Below are positions 8,211 through 16,875 of a stretch of 59,628 nt of DNA, piece by piece. Within the stretch, counting starts at the first letter, position 1. Every line of letters starts with the position of its first letter. Position numbers and translations under genes: made by a program. The notes under the pieces are model-generated. The model saw only the letters and a program-made list of their open reading frames with translations. It was not told the origin of the DNA and did not search any database. Origin of the DNA: Deltaproteobacteria bacterium (lineage in GTDB: Bacteria > Desulfobacterota > Dissulfuribacteria > Dissulfuribacterales > QOAL01); the NCBI GenBank assembly GCA_015489365.1, contig WFZW01000189.1, positions 1-59,628 of the forward strand, given 5' to 3'.

Positions 8211-9261
8211 AGGAGGTGAATATCCTTATCTTTTCAAGGGGGACAAACCTGGCTGCGTACTTGGCAAGTTCTCCAAGGATCCTGTTTTCAAGGGACGGAG
8301 GATAGCAGTAGACACCGTTTCTGTTTAATTTGAAGGGATAGTGCAGGATCCTTGAACAAGGATACCTTCGTCTTGTCCTTTTTAGATAGTCCTTTGCCAT
8401 TCGAAAGGCCCCTATACTTACCGAGGTCAGGCGATCTCCATCCAGGCTCATGAATACCTTGTCCAGAAAGCCTTGATAGATCCTCTCCCAAACTTTCAGG
8501 TCCGTACCTTGGTGCCGCGCCCAGGATGTATCTTCACGGTAATTATCTATAAAAAGAACCGGATCAATGCATATTCTCACCTGCCATCCTGCTTTCATTA
8601 CCGCTTTTATGCTTCTTATTCTCGCCGCAAGGTTCGGGGTGCCCATTTCGTAATTTTTGATTACGTATTCCGGTGAAAGTGTCCATGCAACGATCACATT
8701 CCTAAGGGCTGGCCTTGACAGGAAAGGCCTGATGAAGGCGCACTTCGTCCTGATTTCCAGGAACAAGTCAGGCCGCCTACTGGCAAATTTCATCCAAGAA
8801 TCTACGAATCCTGTCACAGGCTCGAAGGAAAGCAGGTCTGTATCATAGGATATACACAGATAAAGTGGATGGGCCGCCAGCCTTTTGTCCACCTCTTCGA
8901 ATATCTCCTCTTGGTTTACGAAGATGACCAGGTTTGCAGAGGGATACATGCCCTTAAGATAGCAGTATGCGCAGTCATAGGGGCAATTCATCATGGAAGA
9001 GGTATAATAGAAAGAATGGTTTCCAAATGAGTCACAGTTGGCAGAGCCTGAATAGAGAAACGGGGGGCGTTTCATCGCAAGGATGAGCTTTGGTGTGCGT
9101 TTTTGAAGGCGAAAATCTTGCCGTTTCCTACAAAAGACGTCCTTGTAATGGCCTATCGGTACCTGCTGTGCATTGGGGAAGCTGGTGCATATCCTCCTTA
9201 TGACCTCAGAATCCAGGATGGCCTCTTCTATGTAGATATGTGAAAATCGCCTGGTGATCAC
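8200..9261 (-). CDS. Radical-SAM protein, spore-photoproduct-lyase (SplB/COG1533)-like
   Basis: 353 aa with the CX3CX2C motif CPYDCAYCYL and an SplB-like overall layout. The GTG start overlaps the upstream stop (GTGA). Confidence 0.65.
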   Translation of the reverse strand: MITRRFSHIYIEEAILDSEVIRRICTSFPNAQQVPIGHYKDVFCRKRQDFRLQKRTPKLILAMKRPPFLYSGSANCDSFGNHSFYYTSSMMNCPYDCAYCYLKGMYPSANLVIFVNQEEIFEEVDKRLAAHPLYLCISYDTDLLSFEPVTGFVDSWMKFASRRPDLFLEIRTKCAFIRPFLSRPALRNVIVAWTLSPEYVIKNYEMGTPNLAARIRSIKAVMKAGWQVRICIDPVLFIDNYREDTSWARHQGTDLKVWERIYQGFLDKVFMSLDGDRLTSVSIGAFRMAKDYLKRTRRRYPCSRILHYPFKLNRNGVYCYPPSLENRILGELAKYAARFVPLEKIRIFTSSIP

Positions 9262-10094
9262 TCGGGATAAATCCCCCTCTTGAGCCTTTCAAAGACCGCT
9301 TTTCCCTCGTTCTTGGTCTTACAGGAGGGAACATAATGGGGTCGAATTAGGTCCTTTAGATCCCACCCAGACAGCCTGTAGTAAGTAGCTAGTTGTTTTA
9401 ATTCCCAGGCCATAGAGGCCGTAAGTCTCATACGCTTTACAGCCCATTCCAGGAGCCCTATATCCTCTTCCGTAAGGGCCTCTTGTTCTACCAACACTTC
9501 CATTGGCAGGTCCTTCAGCCATACTAAAATCCTTGCACAGGGTTCAACAAGGAAATCCGTTACAAGGGCATGGTCAGGCCTGACAGGGGAAAGGTAATCG
9601 TATATTATCTTGATGATGGAGATCTGGTGGGGGGCCAGGAAAAAACTTGCCGCTTCAAAGGCCCCTGATGCCTCCATGTCCACACACTCTCCGAGGATTG
9701 TTATACCTCTCCCCCCATCTTCTATACACGTAGAGAAGGTCTCAAGGCCGACCTCCTGAAAGGGATGTTTCCATATCATGTCTGGGAAGAAGTGTCTGCC
9801 CGAATCATGATCGATTACCTTGTTGGCAATGACCGTTTTGCCCCTATCCAGGCGATCGGATGTGCTAGCGCATAGGCCGATGTTTACCAATAGGTCCGAG
9901 GGTCCTGCACCAAACCTCGTGAGCATAAACGCCGTAGCCGCTGCACATGCGGTCTTTCCGATGCCGGATACGACCAGGATATAACCGTCACCTTCATATA
10001 TGGGAAATTGCCTATATTCTTTTACCCTTTTTAAGCCTAGCTGCCTTGTCAAGGCCTTGGCTTCACAGATCATTGCAGTGGTTAAGAAGATCAT
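9258..10094 (-). CDS. PNP_UDP_1-family nucleosidase (MTA/SAH- or futalosine-hydrolase-like) with a ~100-aa C-terminal extension
   Basis: VVSGIGKTACAAAT and the CVDMEASG motif are typical of MTAN-like nucleosidases. I prefer the ATG at 10094 (GGGGA SD-like sequence upstream) over the track start at 10133. Confidence 0.65.
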   Translation of the reverse strand: MIFLTTAMICEAKALTRQLGLKRVKEYRQFPIYEGDGYILVVSGIGKTACAAATAFMLTRFGAGPSDLLVNIGLCASTSDRLDRGKTVIANKVIDHDSGRHFFPDMIWKHPFQEVGLETFSTCIEDGGRGITILGECVDMEASGAFEAASFFLAPHQISIIKIIYDYLSPVRPDHALVTDFLVEPCARILVWLKDLPMEVLVEQEALTEEDIGLLEWAVKRMRLTASMAWELKQLATYYRLSGWDLKDLIRPHYVPSCKTKNEGKAVFERLKRGIYPE

Positions 10095-10137
10095 GTCAAT
10101 GTCCCCTTCGTCTGTCGAAGATACCAAATCCATCCCA

Positions 10138-10345
10138 GACCTTCATGCAGCCTGTATCCTTTGTGCCACTCCCCTAGGACGATCCTAAAATACATTTTTG
10201 ATTAGCCATGGATAAAAGGCAAGGGTCAAGATGTTTCTGAGGGTGCATCTTCATATTTCGTTGTATCCGTTCCGGAATATAAGGGCTGTACCTTCAGCCC
10301 CTGGACCAGGTAATCCTTACATTTCCGGTCCGCACGTGTTAGTTT
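10138..10345. repeat. Composite copy of the intergenic repeat family (module 2, inverted module 1, module-2 variant, inverted module 2)
   Basis: Shares AAAATACAT-TTGATTAGCCATGGA, CTTCATATTTCGTTGTATCC and GGGCTGTACCTTCAGCCCCTGG with the 13765-13958 copy, in the same order. Confidence 0.7.
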
Positions 10346-10430
10346 TATCCTTGCATTGGATACATGTGGCCTGGGCGCCATCTGCAGGCTTGCGACAGCC
10401 TGGGAGACTTGATCAACTTGGGAGGTATCG

Positions 10431-11876
10431 ATGTCTACACCAGATCTTATCATAGAAACCTGTTATGAGCCGCGTGAGGGCGATTTGGTACTTCTGCCCT
10501 TTGCCAATGGAACCGATCCCCTTTTCCCCTACGAGGAGGCTGTCTCCCTGTTTGGAAATGTGCAGGCCCCTCGTGCCCGTGGCAAGTCCATTACGGTTTT
10601 TGCAGGCTTCATAAATGAACAAAGGACCATGGCCAAGGCAATACGCCTTGACAAGCAACATACAAGACCTGAGCAGGCCCTCAGGGAGGCAGTGTCCCAG
10701 GCAGTATCGGATGGCGAAGACAATGGGATGGGACGGGTAGTCGTCATGCTGGATGGGAATATGCCCGATCTTGTGAGTGCTGCCCAGGAAGGGGCCCTGC
10801 TTGGTGGGTACAGGTTTAATAAGTACCTTTCCAAGGGTAAGGACCTGCCCCTGGTGGATATCGTGCTTTCGAAGAAACCAAAGGGGGAATTAGCGGATGC
10901 GATAAGTTCCGAAAGAACCGTGTTCAAATGGGTAAATTTTGCACGGGATATACTAAACGAGCCGCCCAATGTCATTGATCCTGTTTCCCTTTCTAGGCTG
11001 TTTCAGAGCGAGGGAAGGAAGGCAGGTCTAAAGATTACCATATGGGATGAAAAAAGGCTTGAAAGGGAGAGATGTGGAGGCATATTGGCGGTAGGTAAGG
11101 GGGCCCTACACAAGCCGAGACTCGTAATTGGCGAATACAAACCCAGGAAGGCCCGGTTACATCTGGCCCTGGTGGGTAAGGGCATTACCTTTGATACCGG
11201 CGGATATTGCCTGAAACAGGCTAAGTCCCAAATTGGGATGAAATATGACATGGGCGGAGCCGCCATGGCCTTTGGGGCCGCATGTGCAGCAGCCGAATTG
11301 GGCCTTCCTATCAAGATAGATCTTTTTACACCCCTTGCTGAGAACGATATTTCAAAGACCGCCTATCATGTAAGCGACATCATCAAGATGCGTTCAGGCA
11401 AGAGCGTACAGGTGGACAATACCGATGCCGAAGGACGGCTGATCCTGGCAGATGCCCTAACCCTGGCTGGCGAAGGCAAGCCCGACCGGATAATCGATGC
11501 AGCCACCCTTACAGGGGCCTGTGTCTCTGCACTTGGTGAGGATATAGCGGGTGTATTCGGTACCGATGAAGCCCTAGTTCATGAAATCATAGGGATCGGC
11601 AGGCGGGTAGGTGAGGAATTTTGGCCGCTGCCACTTTATATGCCCTATATGGAGCAGCTCAAGGCAACAATGGCAGATTGTAAAAATATAGGAGGAAAAT
11701 GGGGAGGGGCCATAACAGCCGCACTTTTTCTCAAGCAATTTGTCGACAATGATATAAAGTGGGTACACCTAGATATAGCAGGCCCGGCGATCAAGGAGGA
11801 ACCTCTTGGTCACCTGGGAAAGGGGGCAAAGGGATTTGGCATAAAGACCATGGTAGCATGGCTTAGGGATATATGA
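10431..11876 (+). CDS. pepA: Leucyl aminopeptidase (M17)
   Basis: 481 aa with VGKGITFDTGGYCLK, NTDAEGRLILADAL and the catalytic-domain layout of M17 peptidases. Confidence 0.9.
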   Translation: MSTPDLIIETCYEPREGDLVLLPFANGTDPLFPYEEAVSLFGNVQAPRARGKSITVFAGFINEQRTMAKAIRLDKQHTRPEQALREAVSQAVSDGEDNGMGRVVVMLDGNMPDLVSAAQEGALLGGYRFNKYLSKGKDLPLVDIVLSKKPKGELADAISSERTVFKWVNFARDILNEPPNVIDPVSLSRLFQSEGRKAGLKITIWDEKRLERERCGGILAVGKGALHKPRLVIGEYKPRKARLHLALVGKGITFDTGGYCLKQAKSQIGMKYDMGGAAMAFGAACAAAELGLPIKIDLFTPLAENDISKTAYHVSDIIKMRSGKSVQVDNTDAEGRLILADALTLAGEGKPDRIIDAATLTGACVSALGEDIAGVFGTDEALVHEIIGIGRRVGEEFWPLPLYMPYMEQLKATMADCKNIGGKWGGAITAALFLKQFVDNDIKWVHLDIAGPAIKEEPLGHLGKGAKGFGIKTMVAWLRDI

Positions 11877-11893
11877 GCCATAAGTCTTGAATC

Positions 11894-12094
11894 CTATGGG
11901 GAACTTGTATCTTTATTTTCATTCTTGTTGCGGCAATGATCCGGATCCTTGGGGCACGAATCCTTTTGGCAACTACAACAGGTGCATCCCCCTTGGCCAG
12001 TGATCTGCTTGGTAAGTATCCTTATTACATACAGTACGCATAGTATAAGGATGAGAATTAGGATCAGATTTTCCAAGATGTTTTTTCTAAGCAA
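11894..12094 (-). CDS. Possible small Cys-rich membrane protein (FeoB-associated Cys-rich-like)
   Basis: 66 aa with one TM helix followed by GGCTCCSCQKDSCP. It has a TTG start and no feoB nearby, so the call is weak. Confidence 0.3.
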   Translation of the reverse strand: MLRKNILENLILILILILCVLYVIRILTKQITGQGGCTCCSCQKDSCPKDPDHCRNKNENKDTSSP

Positions 12095-12101
12095 GGTTGT
12101 A

Positions 12102-12139
12102 AGCGCTTATCCCTGATCTACAGACCAGGGATAAGCGCT
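12102..12139. terminator. Perfect 14-bp hairpin (terminator-like) downstream of the porin gene
   Basis: AGCGCTTATCCCTG (12102-12115), a 10-nt loop, then CAGGGATAAGCGCT (12126-12139). A T-containing tail follows only on the + strand. Confidence 0.45.
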
Positions 12140-12176
12140 CTTTGTCATTGTGGATAACTAGGATGAATAGGATGTC

Positions 12177-13610
12177 CTAGAAATCGATCTGGCTTCTAAG
12201 TCCAAAAATAAAGAGATCGTCTGCCTCATCCATTCCTCCAGGATTACCGATCCACTGAAGATCAGCGGAGATAGCTAGGTGACTGTTAAATGCATAACGA
12301 TACCATGTCTCAAAATAGATTTCATCCGCGGTCTTATTGCCCTGCCTTCGCTGCTCTTTTTCAAAGTCCTTTGTAAGCAGGGTTTGACCAAATGCAATAC
12401 CAATCCCGTCATCAGGCCGGTTCCACAACATGCCGTTGATATCCATTCCAAGGCTATATACCTGATTAAATGGGATCATGCTCCATTCTTCTGCATCGCT
12501 ATCCCATACGCTAAGATCGTTTTGAGTCCAACTGTAGCGGGCAAAGGCCGTAAAGCCATGGGCTATTTCCTGGTCAAAGCTTATCCCCCAGCCTCCCTGA
12601 CCGGCGTCCGCCCGGCTGTAGTTTTGTGAAGGATTAATATTAGCTTCTGACAAACGATCATTGTCCAGGTGACGTCTCGAGTCATACCAACCGTAGAAGC
12701 GGTAGTTTCCACGACGATTCAACAACGAAGGTTTAAGGTTTATCTGGGCAGCGACAAAATCGTTACTGAAGATATCTTCCCAGGTATGTTCATCTTCATT
12801 GTCAACGGATGCACCGATTATACGAAATTCGACGGATTTTGCTGGGAAAATATCTAACATCATTGCCGGGCAATAGAATTCCTCAGGCTCTGGTATAGTA
12901 AGACCCATGCTCTTTACAAAAATATTGGATAAAAACTGTGTGGTCTCATCCCCAGCAGCCTCGTTTTCATCAAACAATACGCTGATATCCATCTTGCCTA
13001 CGTCAAGGCTGAACATGTCATTAAAAAAGCCCTTTTCATAGAAGGCCTCAGAGATGGTGAGATCTGCTTGGTTCTCATTATTCCAGGTGGCATAGGCATC
13101 ATAGTTTGGTACGCTGAATGAGGGTACGTTATTGTTTAACCCCTCGCCGTCACCACCCTCGAGGTGTATAATGAATGTACCGTACTCATCAAGGTCTGCG
13201 TGGAGGTCCAGGTCCATGGTGTATGCGGCGTCTGCCTTGTTGCCTCCCTCTGGGTTGTTGTGGGCATTATTTGCAGTTGCCTGGACCACCCCTGTTACTC
13301 CTCCCTCAATTGTAATGCCTTTATACCAGGGGTGCTCCTGCTCCGCCGTCTGTGCCTCAATCAGTTTCTTGCCTTCTCCAACCATTGAAGAAGACATCTG
13401 CCTTTTCATGTCAGACATCTGCCTTTCGAGTTGTTGCAATCTGTTAGACAACCTTCTGTTTTGTTCCGCAAGGTTCCTATTCTGCTTGATCAGCTCTTGC
13501 ATCTGCGCCTTAATGGCATCTATCTCCCCTGCACTTACCGGTGGGGCAGTCATCAGGGTTAAGATGTAAAAAATACCCATAGATAGAATGAAGCCGATTC
13601 TGTTTCCCAT
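12177..13610 (-). CDS. Outer-membrane porin (OprB-like beta-barrel) with N-terminal coiled coil
   Basis: Signal peptide ...TAPPVSAG, then ~60 aa of heptad-like sequence (IKAQMQELIKQNRNLAEQNRRLSNRLQQLERQ). The rest is aromatic-rich with alternating residues and ends in LRSQIDF (C-terminal Phe). Confidence 0.65.
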   Translation of the reverse strand: MGNRIGFILSMGIFYILTLMTAPPVSAGEIDAIKAQMQELIKQNRNLAEQNRRLSNRLQQLERQMSDMKRQMSSSMVGEGKKLIEAQTAEQEHPWYKGITIEGGVTGVVQATANNAHNNPEGGNKADAAYTMDLDLHADLDEYGTFIIHLEGGDGEGLNNNVPSFSVPNYDAYATWNNENQADLTISEAFYEKGFFNDMFSLDVGKMDISVLFDENEAAGDETTQFLSNIFVKSMGLTIPEPEEFYCPAMMLDIFPAKSVEFRIIGASVDNEDEHTWEDIFSNDFVAAQINLKPSLLNRRGNYRFYGWYDSRRHLDNDRLSEANINPSQNYSRADAGQGGWGISFDQEIAHGFTAFARYSWTQNDLSVWDSDAEEWSMIPFNQVYSLGMDINGMLWNRPDDGIGIAFGQTLLTKDFEKEQRRQGNKTADEIYFETWYRYAFNSHLAISADLQWIGNPGGMDEADDLFIFGLRSQIDF

Positions 13611-13764
13611 TTTTCTCTCCTTTCCCTTTTAAGTTTTTTTATGCCACTACACAAATTTGAGGCAGACCTTCATGGCAACCTCTCCCTTGGCAGTCAGTTG
13701 CTTTATCCAGAGACTCTGGTACAAAAAAACTTGGTAGTCATTATTTGTCAATAGTAACACCTAC

Positions 13765-13958
13765 TTTATCCGAAAATACATATCTTGATTGGCCGTGGAC
13801 ATACAAGGACAAGAGACAAAATATCTCCAGGGGCGTACCTTCATATTTCGTCGTATCCATCCTGTAACTGGCGGTTAGAGCGTAAAATAGAGCCTATCTG
13901 GGCTGTATTTTTACGACCTGGAATGCAGCGCCAAGATACGGGCCGTACGAAGATTTGG
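13765..13958. repeat. Composite copy of the intergenic repeat family, overlapping the cbiL 3' end
   Basis: TTTATCCGAAAATACATATCTTGATTGGCCGTGGACATACAAGG, CCTTCATATTTCGTCGTATCC and GGGCTGTATTTTTACGACCTGG...CCAAGATACGGGCCGTACGAAGATTTGG are collinear with 10184-10345 and 19128-19207. Confidence 0.75.
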
Positions 13959-14663
13959 TTTTATGATTAACAAGGTGAAATAGGAAGGATGGTAATCTTT
14001 ATACTTGCGGATGTCCGTGATGATTTTTTCACCCTCCAGACCACAACAGCTAATCCCTACAGTTTTATCTGCCAATTCCAGGTCCTCGAGTGTCTTAAGG
14101 ATCTTGCTAAAGTTTTTATATGTCTTTAACACGACAATATTGTCTGCAAGGGTTACGGCGTCCTTTAATGTCATTTCTCCCTGGGTCCCGGAAAGAATGA
14201 GCAGGGATTCCCCTCCCTCGCACAGTGGCACCATCAACCGGGCCGCAGCTCCCTGGTAGGAAGTAATTCCTGGAATCGTGCGGATGATGACCTGGGATTC
14301 CAAATTTTGAAGGGCTTGGGCGAGGTAACTAAAGGTAGAATAGGTGAGGGGATCGCCAAGGGTCAGAAATGCCGCATCCCTTCCTTTCTGTAAAACGGAC
14401 AAGACCTTCTTCGCATTTTTTTCTCTGGCTTGGCACCTAGCTGCCTGTTCCAAGGTCATTCGGAAGGGAAGCGCGACGATTTCCGCCGTCTTTGGTATAT
14501 AGGATCGTGCTATCTCCAGGGCCGTGCTATAGTCGTTTTTCGTGGATGCAGCCGTGAAGATGGCATGGACCCTTTTTAGTACCTTAACGGCCTTGACGGT
14601 CATGAGTTCCGGATCACCCGGTCCCACGCCAACCCCGTAAAATATGCCAAATTTATTCCTCAT
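13911..14663 (-). CDS. cbiL: (Cobalt-)precorrin-2 C20-methyltransferase
   Basis: N-terminal FYGVGVGPGDPELMTVKAVKVL and the tetrapyrrole methylase fold. The last ~15 codons lie inside an intergenic repeat copy. Confidence 0.85.
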   Translation of the reverse strand: MRNKFGIFYGVGVGPGDPELMTVKAVKVLKRVHAIFTAASTKNDYSTALEIARSYIPKTAEIVALPFRMTLEQAARCQAREKNAKKVLSVLQKGRDAAFLTLGDPLTYSTFSYLAQALQNLESQVIIRTIPGITSYQGAAARLMVPLCEGGESLLILSGTQGEMTLKDAVTLADNIVVLKTYKNFSKILKTLEDLELADKTVGISCCGLEGEKIITDIRKYKDYHPSYFTLLIIKPNLRTARILALHSRS

Positions 14664-14683
14664 GGAGATGTGTTTCCTTTTAA

Positions 14684-16087
14684 CTAGTGCCGAGCCAGTT
14701 CCAGTGCCCTTTTTAGGATATGGTAGGCCTTAAGCCCTGTAACGGTTTGATCAGGAAAGAATCTCCCCTCTGACAATTTCATGATGCCAAGCCCTGCTAC
14801 TACGGCTATATGTGCGGTATCCGGATCGTCCTCCGGGACATCAATCATTTTGCACGGGCCTGCCCCGGGAAGGTCGAGACCGACAAATAGGCTATAGGCA
14901 ATATCCCGGCGAAGGATTGGTTTGTTGGGAAGGAACCGCCTGGCCTGGATATTCTGGAAAAGCCCCCGTTCCACAGCGGTTTCAATATAGGCCGAAATTA
15001 TTTTGTTATAATCCACGTCCCTGAAATCACCATAGAGGTGCTGGGCCTTGTTTTTCCTTGCCTGTATGCGGCGATAACCTGGAATTTCAAAGGGAAATGC
15101 CGCCATTTTGACGAACATCTCTGCATAATTTGCGCGGGTAAGGGTGTTGTTCCTTGCCAGGTCCGTGACATTGTTGAATAGCGCAGGATAGAGAAAACGC
15201 CCTATCTGTGTGATGCCAAGAATCAGTCTGGGGGTTGGACGTGAGACGATCATTTCGTCAATGATAAAAACCTGGTGGTCCTTCACTGCCTTGATAGCCT
15301 CAAAGCCGGCCTCCTCATAGATGCGCCTTTTTGTCACATGATTCATGGCCCCTCTCTGTGCCAGCAAGACGTCTATATCATGGGCGTGGGAGAGGATGCG
15401 TTCCTTGCCATAGTCGGCGATATTGGTGCCATGGGTAGATCTCGCGTCCGTTGCGACGTTTATACCTCCTGCGGTTTCCAGGGCGAAAATGGCAATGGAA
15501 GAGGGGGCAAAGGTCTTCATGCGGGAATGGATCGATTCGAAGTAAACCCGTTTTCTATCCCCTAAGGGGATGTGCGAAACCATCTTTCTTATGGAAGCCA
15601 CCTGCCCTTTGAAACGCTGGATCATTTCTTCTGCTGCCTTTTCGCGGCCGGTTAGAACCCCCAATGTCCTCCAGTAGGTAAACATCTCCTTGGCAGTGCG
15701 TGGCTGCAAGGAGACAACGGTGATGCCGAACCGCCGAAGTTTTTCCATTAGGTTGGGATATCCCCGGGTGATCATGGGACGTACCAATACGAGGTCAGGA
15801 TGTGCGGCAAGGAAGCGTTCTGCATCATCGTGATAACTAAAGGCCGGTTTTTCCATTGCCTCCAATGGGTAAGACTCATGCCTGGAGACACCGATAATTT
15901 CCTTGTTAAGTCCAAGGGCAAAGAGATTTTCTGTATGTGCCCCATATAGGGATATGATGCGTTTATAGGGAGGGGAAACCGTGATAGTATTCCCACTTGC
16001 ATCCTTGATGGTCAAGGCATGCAAGACACCAGAGGCTATAGCGATTTCAAGTATAATCAGCAGGATAAAGGTACACAATCGTTTCAT
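14684..16087 (-). CDS. BtuF/FepB-type periplasmic substrate-binding protein with C-terminal SLH-like repeats
   Basis: I prefer the start at MKRLCTFILLIILEIAIASG (ATGA overlap with the upstream ATPase stop). The core is a class-8 PBP. The C-terminal ~150 aa contain FRDVDYNKIISAYIETAVERGL...FLPNKPILRRDIAYSLF and IDVPEDDPDTAHIAVVAGLGIM...FFPDQTVTG. Confidence 0.8.
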   Translation of the reverse strand: MKRLCTFILLIILEIAIASGVLHALTIKDASGNTITVSPPYKRIISLYGAHTENLFALGLNKEIIGVSRHESYPLEAMEKPAFSYHDDAERFLAAHPDLVLVRPMITRGYPNLMEKLRRFGITVVSLQPRTAKEMFTYWRTLGVLTGREKAAEEMIQRFKGQVASIRKMVSHIPLGDRKRVYFESIHSRMKTFAPSSIAIFALETAGGINVATDARSTHGTNIADYGKERILSHAHDIDVLLAQRGAMNHVTKRRIYEEAGFEAIKAVKDHQVFIIDEMIVSRPTPRLILGITQIGRFLYPALFNNVTDLARNNTLTRANYAEMFVKMAAFPFEIPGYRRIQARKNKAQHLYGDFRDVDYNKIISAYIETAVERGLFQNIQARRFLPNKPILRRDIAYSLFVGLDLPGAGPCKMIDVPEDDPDTAHIAVVAGLGIMKLSEGRFFPDQTVTGLKAYHILKRALELARH

Positions 16088-16875
16088 AGTGTGGCTTCCT
16101 TTTGAAACATCATCTGCTTGTTTCCCGTTTGGGGATGTAATAGGATGGTTCCACTGACCCCGAAGGTTTTTTCTATTATCTCTTCGCAAAAGGCCTCCTC
16201 GGTACTTCCCTCTAAGACTATGCGTCCATTGGACATGAATATCAGACGGTCGCAGTACATGGCTGCAAGGTTAAGGTCATGAAAGACACCGATGATGGTC
16301 TTTCCTGTCCTGATGCGTTGTCTCACGCGATCAAGAGCGTAGATGGTATGGTGTATATCCATGTTCGAGGTGGCCTCATCCAGTAAAAGCACCGGGGTGT
16401 CTTGAACGAGTGCACGGGCAAAGACAACCCATTGTTTCTCCCCTCCGCTCAGGGTCAAAATGGAACGATCGGCAAACTTGGATATCCCCATCTCCCTCAA
16501 GATATCTGAAACCTTCTGTACCTCCTCTCGGCTTGGGGGAGAAAATCTCGGAAGATAGGGATAGCGTCCCATCATGACCACATCCCTTACGGAAAAATCG
16601 AAGTTGATCGAAAAGTCCTGCGGAACCAGGGCAATTTCTCTGGCAAGATGCCGTCTGGGAATGCTCAAGATATCCTTTCCATCAAAGAGAATTCGGCCTG
16701 TCTCTGCCCGGTAATATCCCAGCATCAACATTAACAGGGTGGTCTTGCCGCTTCCGTTGGGGCCTACTATGCCATGGAACAGGCCCGCCTCGAGGTCCAA
16801 ATCGATTCCATTTATGACCGGTTGGCGTCCGAATGAAAATCGAAGTCCAGAAATTTTAAATATCGTTTTAGCCAT
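16084..16875 (-). CDS. Iron-siderophore/cobalamin-type ABC transporter ATPase
   Basis: Walker A GPNGSGKTT, signature LSGGEKQ and Walker B LLLLDEATS place it in the FecE/BtuD family. Confidence 0.9.
   Translation of the reverse strand: MAKTIFKISGLRFSFGRQPVINGIDLDLEAGLFHGIVGPNGSGKTTLLMLMLGYYRAETGRILFDGKDILSIPRRHLAREIALVPQDFSINFDFSVRDVVMMGRYPYLPRFSPPSREEVQKVSDILREMGISKFADRSILTLSGGEKQWVVFARALVQDTPVLLLDEATSNMDIHHTIYALDRVRQRIRTGKTIIGVFHDLNLAAMYCDRLIFMSNGRIVLEGSTEEAFCEEIIEKTFGVSGTILLHPQTGNKQMMFQKEATL

Noticed and set aside
10231-10455. Track ORFs of 74 aa (10231-10455) and 61 aa (13785-13970) share a short similar peptide: RVHLHISLYPFRN versus GAYLHISSYPSCN
   Set aside because: The similarity is explained by the shared DNA repeat. 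The frames diverge outside the repeat and neither has an SD. I treat them as non-coding repeat sequence.
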